Source: an uncultured cyanobacterium (GTDB taxonomy: Bacteria > Cyanobacteriota > Cyanobacteriia > Cyanobacteriales > CAWUOF01). From it: 64,000 nt of DNA. The DNA lies in contig CAVUSO010000001.1 of assembly GCA_963744145.1 (NCBI GenBank), positions 2,432,001 through 2,496,000 of the forward strand, in the 5' to 3' direction. Within the stretch, counting starts at the first letter, position 1; every line of letters begins with the position of its first letter. Both the position numbers and the translations under genes were made by a program. Of the stretch, positions 1 to 9,391 are shown one piece after another. The notes under the pieces were generated by a model, which saw only the letters and a list, made by a program, of their open reading frames with translations, ran no database searches and was not told where the DNA came from.

Positions 1-895
1 CCGGCATTTTAGTGAGGCTTTATCTCGTTACTTTAAAGGATTAGGAGAGTTCCCTAAATTCAAAAGAAAAAAAGATGGTGATTCATTTACTGTAGATGCT
101 GCTGATTGGAATCACTCAATTTTATTGGCAGCTAAGAAATCAATTAAAATTCCCACGTTGGGGACATTTCGACTCAAAGAATCTATTCCATTTCCCTGTG
201 TAGCGCAGACATTTACTATCTCGCGCACGGCGGATAAATGGTATGTATCCTTTACGATCAAAGCCGAGAAAATCCCACCGCTTTCCCACCCCGTTGCCGA
301 ACCAGTAGGAATTGACTTAGGAGTAGCAACATTTGCGACTCTTTCTGATGGTAATTCTTACGAATCTCCCCGTCCACTCAAGAAAGCGAAAACCAAGCTG
401 AGTAAAGAACAGTGGAGAAATCGGCACAAGCAATTGGGGAATAGGAAATTCGGGGTGCGAGCGTCGAAAAACGCTCACATACATTATCATAGAATTGCTA
501 AAATCCACGCAAAAACTGCCAATGTACGTCGCGATTTTTTACAGAAAACTACAACAGAAATTAGCCAAAAATATGCTCATATTCATATCGAAGATTTGAA
601 TGTAAGCGGGATGATGGCTAATCATAAATTAGCGGCAGCTATTGCTGATTGTGGATTTTATGAATTTCGCCGTCAGTTGGAATATAAGTCTACCATGTAT
701 GGCACAAAAGTTGAGCTAGTAGATCGATGGTTTCCTTCTTCTAAAACCTGCTCAAATTGCGGTCATATTCAATCAATGCCATTAAAAGAACGAGTGTTTA
801 ATTGCGGTGCTTGTAATTTGTTAATTAATCGGGATTTAAACGCCGCGATCAATTTATCTCGTTATTTGGAAAAAAGTAAGACTAGCTCGGTCTGA
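1..895 (+). CDS. tnpB: RNA-guided endonuclease TnpB (IS200/IS605/IS607 accessory), 5'-truncated by the window edge
   Basis: Frame is open from base 2 (RHFSEALSRYFKGLGEFPKFKRKK...). RuvC motifs GIDLG, IEDLN and RDLNAAIN and zinc finger CSNC...CGAC are all intact. Confidence 0.95.
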   Translation, partial: RHFSEALSRYFKGLGEFPKFKRKKDGDSFTVDAADWNHSILLAAKKSIKIPTLGTFRLKESIPFPCVAQTFTISRTADKWYVSFTIKAEKIPPLSHPVAEPVGIDLGVATFATLSDGNSYESPRPLKKAKTKLSKEQWRNRHKQLGNRKFGVRASKNAHIHYHRIAKIHAKTANVRRDFLQKTTTEISQKYAHIHIEDLNVSGMMANHKLAAAIADCGFYEFRRQLEYKSTMYGTKVELVDRWFPSSKTCSNCGHIQSMPLKERVFNCGACNLLINRDLNAAINLSRYLEKSKTSSV

Positions 896-997
896 ACTAA
901 ACGTCCTGTGGACAAGAAGGAGCCGACTCCCTTGGTTGAAGCAGGAAGTGAACATCAAATTTGCCGTAGGTAGATTTGAGTAGGTTTCATGGAGCGG
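1..997 (+). mobile_element. Right part of a TnpB-carrying IS, probably IS607-type; right end about 997 (...TAGGTTTCATGGAGCGG)
   Basis: tnpB is followed by ~100 nt of typical right-end/omegaRNA sequence (GGACAAGAAGGAGCCGACTCCCTTGGTTGAAGCAGGAAG) ending in GG, after which LysR coding sequence resumes abruptly. Confidence 0.75.
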
Positions 998-1767
998 TTC
1001 GACTCCTGCAACGCACAACAAGACAATTAGCCCCTACGGAAGCAGGTATGGTCTATTTTCAACGAATTGAACCTCTGGTGGAAGAGATAGAGCAAGCAAT
1101 CAATCTGGCAATAGATATTTCTGGACAACCTAAAGGAATATTGCGAGTTACAGCATCTGTTTCTTTTGGGCTAAAGTGGATTGTGCCCTTACTACGTGAT
1201 TTCGGCACCATGTATCCAGACCTCACTATTGATCTCGTCTTGACTGATAGTAATCTGGATTTATTAAGTGAACGAATTGACCTTGCGGTTCGACTTGGAC
1301 TGTTAGTAGACTCGACTTTAATTGCCCAAAAATTGATGGGAACCCGTTATATTGTCTGTGCTAGCTCACCATACCTGAAGCAATGGGGATATCCAGAAAA
1401 ACCCAGGGATATAGACAAACATAACTGTTTACTATTTCCCTTAGCGGGATTTCGTTCAAAGTGGATATTTAGAGATAGAAATGGTGAAGAAAGTGAAGTA
1501 ATGGTTCGGGGAAAAACAATCATCTCAAATGCGATCGCGCTTCAGGAATGTGCGATCGCTGGAATGGGATTAGCATTGCTACCAACCTGGTTGATTGATG
1601 ATGATTTAAAACTCGGTACTCTTGTCAATGTTTTTCCCAATTATCAGGTAACAGCAACAGATTTTAATACCGCAGTTTGGTTAGTTTATCCTTCCCGTAA
1701 TTACGTTCCCCTCAAAGTCCGGGTTTTTATTGATTTTCTGAAGAATTCCATCAGAGGGATCAGATAA
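998..1767 (+). pseudogene. LysR-family regulator interrupted by the IS; N-terminal HTH missing here
   Basis: VRLLQRTTRQLAPTEAG...G.LRVTASVSFG...IDLAVR matches the CrgA-like LysR linker and substrate domain; the sequence starts at the end of the HTH region. Confidence 0.85.
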
Positions 1768-1820
1768 AACGAACCTTACCCAATCTCAAACTGTTGGGGA
1801 ATATTTTTATGCCTAGGTTG

Positions 1821-1897
1821 ATTTAATTTAGAGCATAATTTTCCCTAAACCAACTGCTAAAATTATAGTTGCTAAGTGTTGAAACCAAAGCGATCGC
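1821..1897 (-). repeat. Direct-repeat copy of the 3' end of the gene at 10556-13096, ending at a HIP1 site
   Basis: TTTAGAGCATAATTTTCCCTAAACCAACTGCTAAAATTATAGT.GCTAAGTGTTGAAACCAAAGCGAT occurs at 1827-1894 and 10555-10622. Confidence 0.9.
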
Positions 1898-1984
1898 GAA
1901 AGCTCAGGTGTTAAGAATCCAAGCCCGAAAAAGAGAGCCGCCAAAAAAAAGCTTGATCTCTTACTTATTGATAGGATCTACTAC

Positions 1985-3535
1985 TTAACTAACCAAATGC
2001 TTTGATAAAACTTCAACAACCTTCCCAGCTAGAGTATTACCGAGTTCCCTTGGCTCCAACTTATATAGCCCACCCCCATAAACACGCCCCTCACTGATCA
2101 GCACTTCATCAGAAATGCAATTAAGTACCTGCCATAATTGTTTGAGTAATTCTGGATGATCTAAAAGCACTTGGGCAAGAGTAGGTTTAGGATACAGCAT
2201 CAAATAAACATTGGTAGCCGTAGCCTTTGAGTGGTTCAGAATAAATCGAAATGGTCTAGCTCTACCAGAATTCTGACGACCCATATAGGTGCAGAGAAAG
2301 GGGGAAGGCGATCGCTTTTCTTGAGAATACCAGGGAGAACGATGCTTGCACAGGTAGCGATCGCTAATTCCCTGCTTTACTCCCATCTGCAAATATTCCC
2401 AAAGCGACGGATAATTAGCTTTCACCTCATCTGGGGATAAATCACAAGACAGCAGAAATAGTTGACGATCTAGAACGGGATTCCCCAAGCGATCAGCTTC
2501 AATTTCATCCACTGATAATAGTCGGGGACTGGGCAAAACTGGTTTGAAAAAATCTAGAGGTAATTGATAATCAGAAACTTGCTCTGGTGTCAACACAAAA
2601 AAATCGTTAGCTCCCGTCGCTAGTCCCCGTTTGATCGTGAATAAATCCTTCAGTTTTAATGACTGCTCTTGAGAATTCACTCTACTAGACACCAATCCAA
2701 ACTGAGTCCATTTAGCTGCACCGCGTAGTTCTTCCACCGACATTATTAGGGAGCGTTTAGGTTCTGTCAGACTCCCCTGATATGTGAATTCAACAGCATG
2801 GTTAGCAGGTGGTAAAGCTTTCTTAAACCAAACTACTGCGGACGATACTAACGCATCCTTAAACTGTACATCCACCAGATCGAAACAATGAATCCGCAGT
2901 AAAGTAACACAGTTGACCAGGTAATCCTTAATTGGCTGTCCGTAATTTACATCCATAAACCCTGTAGGAATTAGCCACCCAGCTAAACCATTGGTTGTCA
3001 TCCAAGCATCTGAAATACACAAGAAATGACAGTAAAGACTAGCCAACTGACTGAGTTTTATTTCTGCTGTTTGCTCTGTTATCCTTTGCAACCTTAGTTT
3101 TTCAACTCGACTCAAATGATGATGTCGGACATAGGGGGGATTGCAAATCAGCAAGTTAGCTTTAGTGTGATCAGAATTGGGTGGTATAGCCTGAGTAAAA
3201 TCAGCAATATTTACCGTAAGGAGTGGATCGCACCAAAGTTTTATCGCTTCATTGCCATAGTGAGGGTCAATCTCATAGGCGATCGCTTCTTCAATTTGAG
3301 ATAACGGAAATTGCTGCAATAATGCCGAGTAGAATGCTCCAGTGCCAAAAGCCGGGTCAAGAAACCTAATTTTTTGATTTATTGGTAATATAGTTTTAGC
3401 ATATTTCAAAATATCTGTTGCCAGTGCTGTAGGTGTGGCAAACTGACCTAACTTGTTTCGCTCTGTTTGGGTTTTTGCTCCATCTAGTTGCGACTGTCGT
3501 AATACTCGGATCGATTCTGTCGTAATGAGGCTCAT
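1985..3535 (-). CDS. N6-adenine DNA methyltransferase (gamma class, Eco57I/XamI-like type II R-M)
   Basis: LGQFATP, motif I FLDPAFGTG, motif IV NPPY, C-terminal GRVYGGGLYKLEPREL; overlaps the REase stop codon. Confidence 0.9.
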   Translation of the reverse strand: MSLITTESIRVLRQSQLDGAKTQTERNKLGQFATPTALATDILKYAKTILPINQKIRFLDPAFGTGAFYSALLQQFPLSQIEEAIAYEIDPHYGNEAIKLWCDPLLTVNIADFTQAIPPNSDHTKANLLICNPPYVRHHHLSRVEKLRLQRITEQTAEIKLSQLASLYCHFLCISDAWMTTNGLAGWLIPTGFMDVNYGQPIKDYLVNCVTLLRIHCFDLVDVQFKDALVSSAVVWFKKALPPANHAVEFTYQGSLTEPKRSLIMSVEELRGAAKWTQFGLVSSRVNSQEQSLKLKDLFTIKRGLATGANDFFVLTPEQVSDYQLPLDFFKPVLPSPRLLSVDEIEADRLGNPVLDRQLFLLSCDLSPDEVKANYPSLWEYLQMGVKQGISDRYLCKHRSPWYSQEKRSPSPFLCTYMGRQNSGRARPFRFILNHSKATATNVYLMLYPKPTLAQVLLDHPELLKQLWQVLNCISDEVLISEGRVYGGGLYKLEPRELGNTLAGKVVEVLSKHLVS

Positions 3536-4101
3536 ATTCCAAACAGTCCTAAATCATCTATTCGATGTTCCCACACCCAATCAATCCCCTCTGCTGCTTC
3601 ATAGCCTAAATAACCGCTATCAAAATAACCGCAAAGAAACAAAATAAACCGGACATTTTCACCGTAATTACTCCGTAATTGAGTCATTTTAACAGCTTCT
3701 TCTTTGCGTCGTTTATTGGGATTGGTATAGTCTCCAGCAGATTTCAGTTCAGCATCGAGAGTAGCACTATCTGTTCGGGGTGGAATTCGCTGTTTTTCTT
3801 CCATATTTTTGACCAGGTTGGACGAAACCCCAGCTAAACCAATTAGGCGATCGCGTGCAATAGGTGGCGCTGTTGCCATCCGGAGAATAGGGAGAACAGA
3901 AGGATACTGTCGTAGAATAGCAGGTGTAATATTGGTGAGATTTACTGTTTGCTCTAATGCCGATTTAACTTGTTTAGTGGTTACTAAACGAGTGTCGCGG
4001 TAAACTTGAGGGGCGAACTGCATAAACCAATTGTTGTAGAAGTCTACTGACTGGACAATATCTAGCTTCCACAAATGGGGCTTATCTGCATTGACTGGCA
4101 T
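3532..4101 (-). pseudogene. XamI-family restriction endonuclease with an apparent in-frame internal deletion
   Basis: N-terminus MPVNADKPHLWKLDI...PPIARDRLIGLAG and C-terminus SAGDYTNPNKRRKEEA...GYEAAEGIDWVWEHRI are XamI-like, but the protein is only 189 aa and the central region appears absent. Confidence 0.75.
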
Positions 4102-4132
4102 GATATCAAATTCTAGCGATCGCTCTCCCTAT

Positions 4133-4351
4133 TTAAGCTACGGTAAAAGATATATTTTCTAGCACTACATTCGGGATATTTCCTGTACCTAAAACCTGTG
4201 TAGCATCTAAAACTTCTATCCCTACTAATAACTCATTTTCACCAATATTTAAAGCAATTTCCTCGGTTAACTGTAAAGTCCGACACTGATGCTTGCCTTC
4301 TACAAGTCTAATGTAGAGAGCATCAACTTCTGAATCATAACTAATCTTCAT
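4133..4351 (-). CDS. DUF2283-family putative antitoxin
   Basis: MKISYDSEVDALYIRL...LVGIEVLDA signature. Confidence 0.85.
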   Translation of the reverse strand: MKISYDSEVDALYIRLVEGKHQCRTLQLTEEIALNIGENELLVGIEVLDATQVLGTGNIPNVVLENISFTVA

Positions 4352-4362
4352 AAATTTTGACC

Positions 4363-4617
4363 TCAAAAATAAAAAGTATACAAGGTGATAACGACTAACT
4401 CAGTATCAGTCTCAGCAACAATCGGTACTACTTTCTTCAGAGAGTAGAACTTACCCTGCCAATCATCATTATACTGAAAAGTAGCTTGATATTTATACTT
4501 ACCATTTTTAGCAAGTTGTCGATTACCTGTAATAATGGTATCAACAATTTCTGCGACATTTGTACCTCTTTCAATCGCTTGTTCTTTGGCATGATTAGTT
4601 AATCTAATGGGTTTCAC
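4363..4617 (-). CDS. DUF4258 / RelE-like putative toxin
   Basis: IRLTNHAKEQAIERG...VVITLY; directly upstream of the DUF2283 gene. Confidence 0.8.
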   Translation of the reverse strand: MKPIRLTNHAKEQAIERGTNVAEIVDTIITGNRQLAKNGKYKYQATFQYNDDWQGKFYSLKKVVPIVAETDTELVVITLYTFYF

Positions 4618-4632
4618 TTTCTTTGTTACCCC

Positions 4633-4815
4633 TTAATAGTCTCTGCTGCTTGACCTTGACCTTTACCTTGAAGTCTAGCCAGACGTTGCTCTTGCAGATC
4701 AGTTTCTACCATTGCGATTAATTCATCAAGTGGTCGTGTAAGCAAGTTAATTTGTTGGTTAACTTCACGCCATTTTCTCACACTTCGCGCTCTTGTTTGG
4801 GGGGTCGGGTATTTG
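4633..4815 (-). pseudogene. Headless copy of the small 'MNQPTQIPDPQTRARSVRKWREV' gene
   Basis: Near-identical to 5186-5335; further copies at ~5940-6029 and ~6215-6362. Confidence 0.75.
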
Positions 4816-5080
4816 GCTACGGATGAGCAAGACGCGATCGCGACTCGTCTCTTGGCGGAAATGGAAGATGAGCAGACATGGAAAACTAAGTTTGAATCTA
4901 CGACTGATGATCAGTGGGATCGGATAGCCCAGATGGTGCGTCAAGAAATTGCTGTTGGCGATATCGCTCCTTTATCCGACGTTTTCCCTTCTGAATCTCA
5001 ACCATGAAATCAAGTGTCACGAAAGCATTTCGCCAGAAACTTGATCAGCTTCCTACATCAATTCAAAAGCAAGCTGCTGC
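4813..5080 (+). pseudogene. Decayed type II TA remnant: N-truncated antitoxin (4813-5007) and 5' fragment of a RelE/ParE-like toxin (from 5004)
   Basis: EQDAIATRLLAEMEDEQTW...WDRIAQMVRQEI, then overlapping ATG MKSSVTKAFRQKLDQLPTSIQKQAA, cut off at a repeat junction. Confidence 0.6.
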
Positions 5081-5146
5081 GAAAGCTCTGGTATTGAGAA
5101 CCCAAGCCCAAAAAAGAGAGAAACCAAAAAATGCTTGACCTCTTAC

Positions 5147-5689
5147 CTAATTTATCTTCTCTACTACTTGACTTTTACTTTTAGATTGAAGTCTAGCTAG
5201 ACGTTGCGATCGCAAACCAGTTTCTACCATTGCGATTAATTCATCAAGCTGGAGTGTAAGCAAGTCGATTTGTTGATTAACTTCACGCCATTTTCTCACA
5301 CTTCGCGCTCTCGTTTGGGGGTCGGGTATTTGAGTTGGTTGATTCATAGTAAATTCCAATGCAAGTTTAGTTTCAGCAATGCTTGCTTCGACAGCACCGA
5401 TTAATACCTCAGCCTGCTCAATAGTTTGAGCCAGTAAGTTCAGCATAGCATCAGTTGCGATTGGTTGGTATTCGGCTATTCTTAGTGCTAGAGTATGTAG
5501 ACGTGAATAAGGTACTGTCAGCCTTTCGACACTATTGTGCATCTGATCTAATTCTGGTAAGGTTGCCTCATTTTCGCCAAACCTTTCCAATAGAACAAAC
5601 TCGGTAGCTTTGGCCTCATTAATCAGCTCTACTAACCGTCGTTGTAAGTAAAAGATTCTACTTAAAGTTTGGTCTGGTAATTTGGCCAT
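5147..5689 (-). CDS. Hypothetical helical protein, apparently a fusion of two small ORFs (second begins MNQPTQ at 5347)
   Basis: 180-aa ORF; its C-terminal module also occurs elsewhere as stand-alone copies, one with its own ATG at 6362. Confidence 0.55.
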   Translation of the reverse strand: MAKLPDQTLSRIFYLQRRLVELINEAKATEFVLLERFGENEATLPELDQMHNSVERLTVPYSRLHTLALRIAEYQPIATDAMLNLLAQTIEQAEVLIGAVEASIAETKLALEFTMNQPTQIPDPQTRARSVRKWREVNQQIDLLTLQLDELIAMVETGLRSQRLARLQSKSKSQVVEKIN

Positions 5690-5782
5690 TGTACCTGAGA
5701 TTGAGAGAAACCAAAACTATATTGTACCAAATTTGCCATAATATCTATTTTAGCTATACCTAACAGTTTTTTGGGGGGGGTC

Positions 5783-6300
5783 GGGGCGATCGCATCACTT
5801 CTAATCGCTGATGAGAGTAATTTTCCCTGTAGGGGCGAAGCATTCGGGCGACAATTGAACAATAAAACGGTTAATCTTATCCCCGAATGCTTCGCCCAGC
5901 TCTACGCCGAGATCCCCAAAAATATCCTTGATCTTTATATTGAAGTCCAGCTAGACATGGTGATCGCCAACCAGGTTCTAGGATTGCGATTAATTCATCA
6001 AGCGATCAGGTCAGCTATTGGTTAACTTCAGAAATGCTGTTTTTTTGGGATCAGAGGGGCGATCGCATCACTTCCAATCGCAAATGAGAGTAATTTTCCC
6101 TGTAGGGGCGAAGCATTCGGGCGACAATTGAACAATAAAACGGTTAATCTTATCCCCGAATGCTTCGCCCAGTTCTACGCCGAGATCCCCAAAAATATCC
6201 TTGATCTTTATATTTAAGTCCTAGATATGGCGATCGCCAACCAGTTTCTAGGATTGCGATTAATTCATCAAGCGATCGGGTCAGCTATTGGTTAACTTCA
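5783..6300. repeat. Tandem duplication (period 273 bp) starting at HIP1, each unit containing a GTAGGGGCGAAGCATTCG...CGAATGCTTCGCCC REP-like hairpin
   Basis: GCGATCGCATCACTTC begins at 5786 and 6059 (third start at 6606); an inverted hairpin copy lies at ~6400-6508. Confidence 0.9.
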
Positions 6301-6476
6301 CACCATTTTCTCACACTTCACGCTCTCGTTTGGGCGTCGGGTATTTGGGCTGGTTGATTCATGGTAGAGTGCAATACGGTTCAGGTAAGATTTTTTTTGG
6401 ATATCTCGGCGAAGAAGGGCGAAGCATTCGGATCTAAGATTAACCGTTTTTATTGTTAAATTATCGCCCAAATGCT

Positions 6477-6587
6477 ATGCCTCCGGCACGCTACGCGAAC
6501 GCCCCTACGCTTAACTGAACTGTATTGGGTTCTAACCAATAACTGATCTGCCGAAATGCTGATGCCTACGGCACGCTACGCGATCGC
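6477..6587. repeat. Two small dispersed repeat (SDR5-like) elements ATGCCT.CGGCACGCTACGCGA
   Basis: Copies at 6477-6502 (interrupting a REP arm) and 6561-6587 (ending in GCGATCGC). Confidence 0.7.
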
Positions 6588-6668
6588 TATTCCAGTTTAT
6601 GGGGCGCGATCGCATCACTTCTAATCGCAGATGAGAGTGAACAAGAGTAGACCATTGGGCTACAATAC

Positions 6669-6944
6669 TTAATTATTTTGACTCACTTCAGTTATTCTCG
6701 AAGAAATTACAAGCCCGGCAGTTCCTAACCCTATAGTTGCTAAAGAACCTAAAATAATAAATTGAGCCTGGTTAGTATTTATTGGTGAAGGTACTATGAC
6801 TTCAACACCAGGAATCCCACTTCTTATAGTTGGACTTTGTGCTGGTTCTTGAGCGCGAGCTAACTTGATCAAACCAAATGCAAACAATAAAACACCTAAA
6901 CCGATAAATCCTACACTAATAATTTTAAAAATTATCTTTTTCAT
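6669..6944 (-). CDS. Small membrane/secreted protein (signal peptide plus C-terminal TM helix)
   Basis: AGAGGAG RBS before MKKIIFK; N-terminal hydrophobic stretch ending ARA|QE and a C-terminal hydrophobic segment. Confidence 0.65.
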   Translation of the reverse strand: MKKIIFKIISVGFIGLGVLLFAFGLIKLARAQEPAQSPTIRSGIPGVEVIVPSPINTNQAQFIILGSLATIGLGTAGLVISSRITEVSQNN

Positions 6945-7011
6945 GTTTGTTGGCTCCTCTTTGATTAAAGTATGGTGGATAGGATAGCAATTAGTATTGC
7001 TTTGTGTGGTT

Positions 7012-7410
7012 TCAAAAACAACCCTTACTAAAAAAAAGTTTGATTTTCTCTTGAACTTCTGGTATCTCCTCCCAATCATCTTCAATTGATTTTCTCATCA
7101 TTTCAGGTTGTTTTGCTGTATAGGAATTTGTACAATTTGGAGTCTCTATTTTGTAAGTCAAATCAATCTTAGAGCGTCCTCTTAATGGATTTTCAGGATC
7201 GGGTTCAATCTGAACATGAGGTGATATGTAAGAGATTATTTTGTCAAAAACAACTTCTATAGTTTGACCGGCTACTGTTTGAATTAAAACTTCCCCTACA
7301 TAAACCGCTAAACTCAATAATTGAGGAGTTACAGGGCTACATGCAACTAGAAGAGGAATAAATAGAAATATCAGCCACCAACTTGTTTTTCTCGTTTTTT
7401 TGTATTGCAT
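7012..7410 (-). CDS. Putative lipoprotein
   Basis: Basic N-terminus, hydrophobic core, lipobox LVAC. Confidence 0.7.
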   Translation of the reverse strand: MQYKKTRKTSWWLIFLFIPLLVACSPVTPQLLSLAVYVGEVLIQTVAGQTIEVVFDKIISYISPHVQIEPDPENPLRGRSKIDLTYKIETPNCTNSYTAKQPEMMRKSIEDDWEEIPEVQEKIKLFFSKGCF

Positions 7411-7412
7411 GA

Positions 7413-8222
7413 TTATCTCATTGTACTCTCATTTTCTATGATATCCGAAATCTCAACTGAACCATATTGTAGTTTATTCTGAATATGTAAACCCAGAAAA
7501 ACCAAGCCTAAAATTCCGGTCATTCCGAAATGATATAAATTCTCTGACGTGATTTCAGCAAAAGGATAAGCGTAAGGAAAAAATCTGGCATATTGACTAT
7601 CTAGTAAGTTAGCTATTCCTAATTTTATTAACCCTAGCAAGGAAGGAAAAAATAAAGCAACAAAGGCAATTACCCTTTTTGAAACGTAGTCAAATGCTAG
7701 ATCGAAATCTAAAACTGCAATCATACCTCCTGCGAAAATAATATAACTAACTAAACCCAAAATATCTAAAAGCACATTGGCAGGGGAAATATGATGATAT
7801 AGAGAAGTTGCGAATACCAAAATTAGCCCTAAAAAACCCAACCAAAATCCATAAACAATTACCCATATTGCTCTAGCAGTAGCAATCTCCCAAGGAAAGC
7901 AAGGAGTAAGACGCAGCCACAGTAACTGACTTACTGAAAAACTGTCTCCCAAAGGTATAAGTAACCGAGAAAGTATATCAAAGGCTACATAGATCCAAGC
8001 CCATGAAAATAATTCATGGAGAAAACGTATATAGACTGTTTCTCTAGCTCCCTGATATGATGTTAAAGGGATATCAAAAAAAGTTAGTTGTCCTTGATAC
8101 CAACTACAGGGCACTGTTGCAATAATTATTCCTACTAATAATAAAATTGGCAAGCTATATGACTTGAACAATTTTATAATTTCATGCTCAATTATTACCC
8201 ATGCTTTGTTTAAATTTATCAT
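7413..8222 (-). CDS. Putative ABC-2-type permease (about 6 TM)
   Basis: Multiple hydrophobic segments; translationally coupled to the ABC ATPase. Confidence 0.65.
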   Translation of the reverse strand: MINLNKAWVIIEHEIIKLFKSYSLPILLLVGIIIATVPCSWYQGQLTFFDIPLTSYQGARETVYIRFLHELFSWAWIYVAFDILSRLLIPLGDSFSVSQLLWLRLTPCFPWEIATARAIWVIVYGFWLGFLGLILVFATSLYHHISPANVLLDILGLVSYIIFAGGMIAVLDFDLAFDYVSKRVIAFVALFFPSLLGLIKLGIANLLDSQYARFFPYAYPFAEITSENLYHFGMTGILGLVFLGLHIQNKLQYGSVEISDIIENESTMR

Positions 8223-9097
8223 TAGCTTTCCCTCCTTTGTAGAACCCCTGTCATCTGAAATTTATGGATTGATGAATCTGTAAAAATTTCTTCCAAAACT
8301 TGAAAAGCTCCTTCTTTGGAAAGATTAAAATATTTTTGAGCTTCAGCGTTAATAGAATCAGTCTCTATTTGACAATCAAAGCCTTGAAACTGTTGTTCAT
8401 GTAGTTTACCTTGAAATAGTTCATAAACTTTATCGGTTAACTTGGCGACTTCATCCCGCCGATGAGAAATCCATAAAATCCCTGCTTGATTACAATTAGC
8501 AAGTCGTTGAATTTCGGACAATACAATTTGTTTACCTTCTTTGTCTAATCCTTCTGTTGCTTCATCTGCAATTAGCAACTGTGGTTTCTTAGCCAAAGCT
8601 AAAAATGCCATCAGTCTGATCCTTTGTCCTTTTGACAGCTTGCTAACATCAGATTCATAAAAACTAGGAATTTGTAGTCTTTGCTCAATTTCAATGTAAG
8701 CTAATCCTTTTAGCTCCTTTTGTTGCTGACATAGAGATTTAAAAATTTGCACAAGCTCTTTAACTAAAATTCCTGTTGGTAAGCCTAACTCTCCAGGGTA
8801 ATAAGAAGGATCACCTATGTAGCCTAGCTGGGGGTAATTATTGCCCCATAAAACTTTCTTTCCAAATAAATTGACAGTGCCGTTGTTAGGAAAGCATAAT
8901 CCTAGCAATAGTTTAATAATTGTAGATTTGCCGCAGCCATTTTCCCCAATCAGACCAATATTCTTACCCGGAAACAAACTTAATGAAATATTATCCAAAA
9001 GCTTATTCTGGCTTTTGGCATAGCTAAATGTAACATCTTTTAACTCAAATAATGGTTGTTGGCTTAGATGTGAGCCAGTTAAAGAACTTGGTTGCAT
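8222..9097 (-). CDS. ABC transporter ATP-binding protein (start uncertain; alternatives at 9166 and 9220)
   Basis: Walker A GENGCGKST, signature LSKGQ, Walker B LLIADEAT, H-loop ISH. Confidence 0.9.
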   Translation of the reverse strand: MQPSSLTGSHLSQQPLFELKDVTFSYAKSQNKLLDNISLSLFPGKNIGLIGENGCGKSTIIKLLLGLCFPNNGTVNLFGKKVLWGNNYPQLGYIGDPSYYPGELGLPTGILVKELVQIFKSLCQQQKELKGLAYIEIEQRLQIPSFYESDVSKLSKGQRIRLMAFLALAKKPQLLIADEATEGLDKEGKQIVLSEIQRLANCNQAGILWISHRRDEVAKLTDKVYELFQGKLHEQQFQGFDCQIETDSINAEAQKYFNLSKEGAFQVLEEIFTDSSIHKFQMTGVLQRRES

Positions 9098-9218
9098 CAA
9101 TAGTGTTTCCTTGCTCTCATGCGTGTAATCCCGTTGTTGATCGTGAATATGTATTCTAGACAACATATTTGAGTTGCAACTTATAAATGGCTGACAGCTC
9201 CACAGTTCGATGTATATC

Positions 9219-9238
9219 AAAAAAAAAAAAAAAAAAAA
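9219..9238. repeat. A20 homopolymer upstream of the ABC operon
   Basis: 20 consecutive A's. Confidence 0.9.
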
Positions 9239-9391
9239 GTCTAGCTGTGGATTCAGGGTAAACGTATCTTATTTTTATAATGCTTACTGGAAAATGATTT
9301 CAGCAATTGTTAATTTTTGTTACTAAATTATGAAACTCTTACTAGAAAAGCAGCCTACTGGCGACATTCTGATTTCTCTAATTTGCCCCCA

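Noticed and set aside
5662..6025. ORFs of 66 and 84 aa
   Set aside because: They are translations of REP/tandem-repeat DNA.
5783..6640. Possible CRISPR array
   Set aside because: Units are ~273 bp duplications without constant short repeats and unique spacers; no cas genes.
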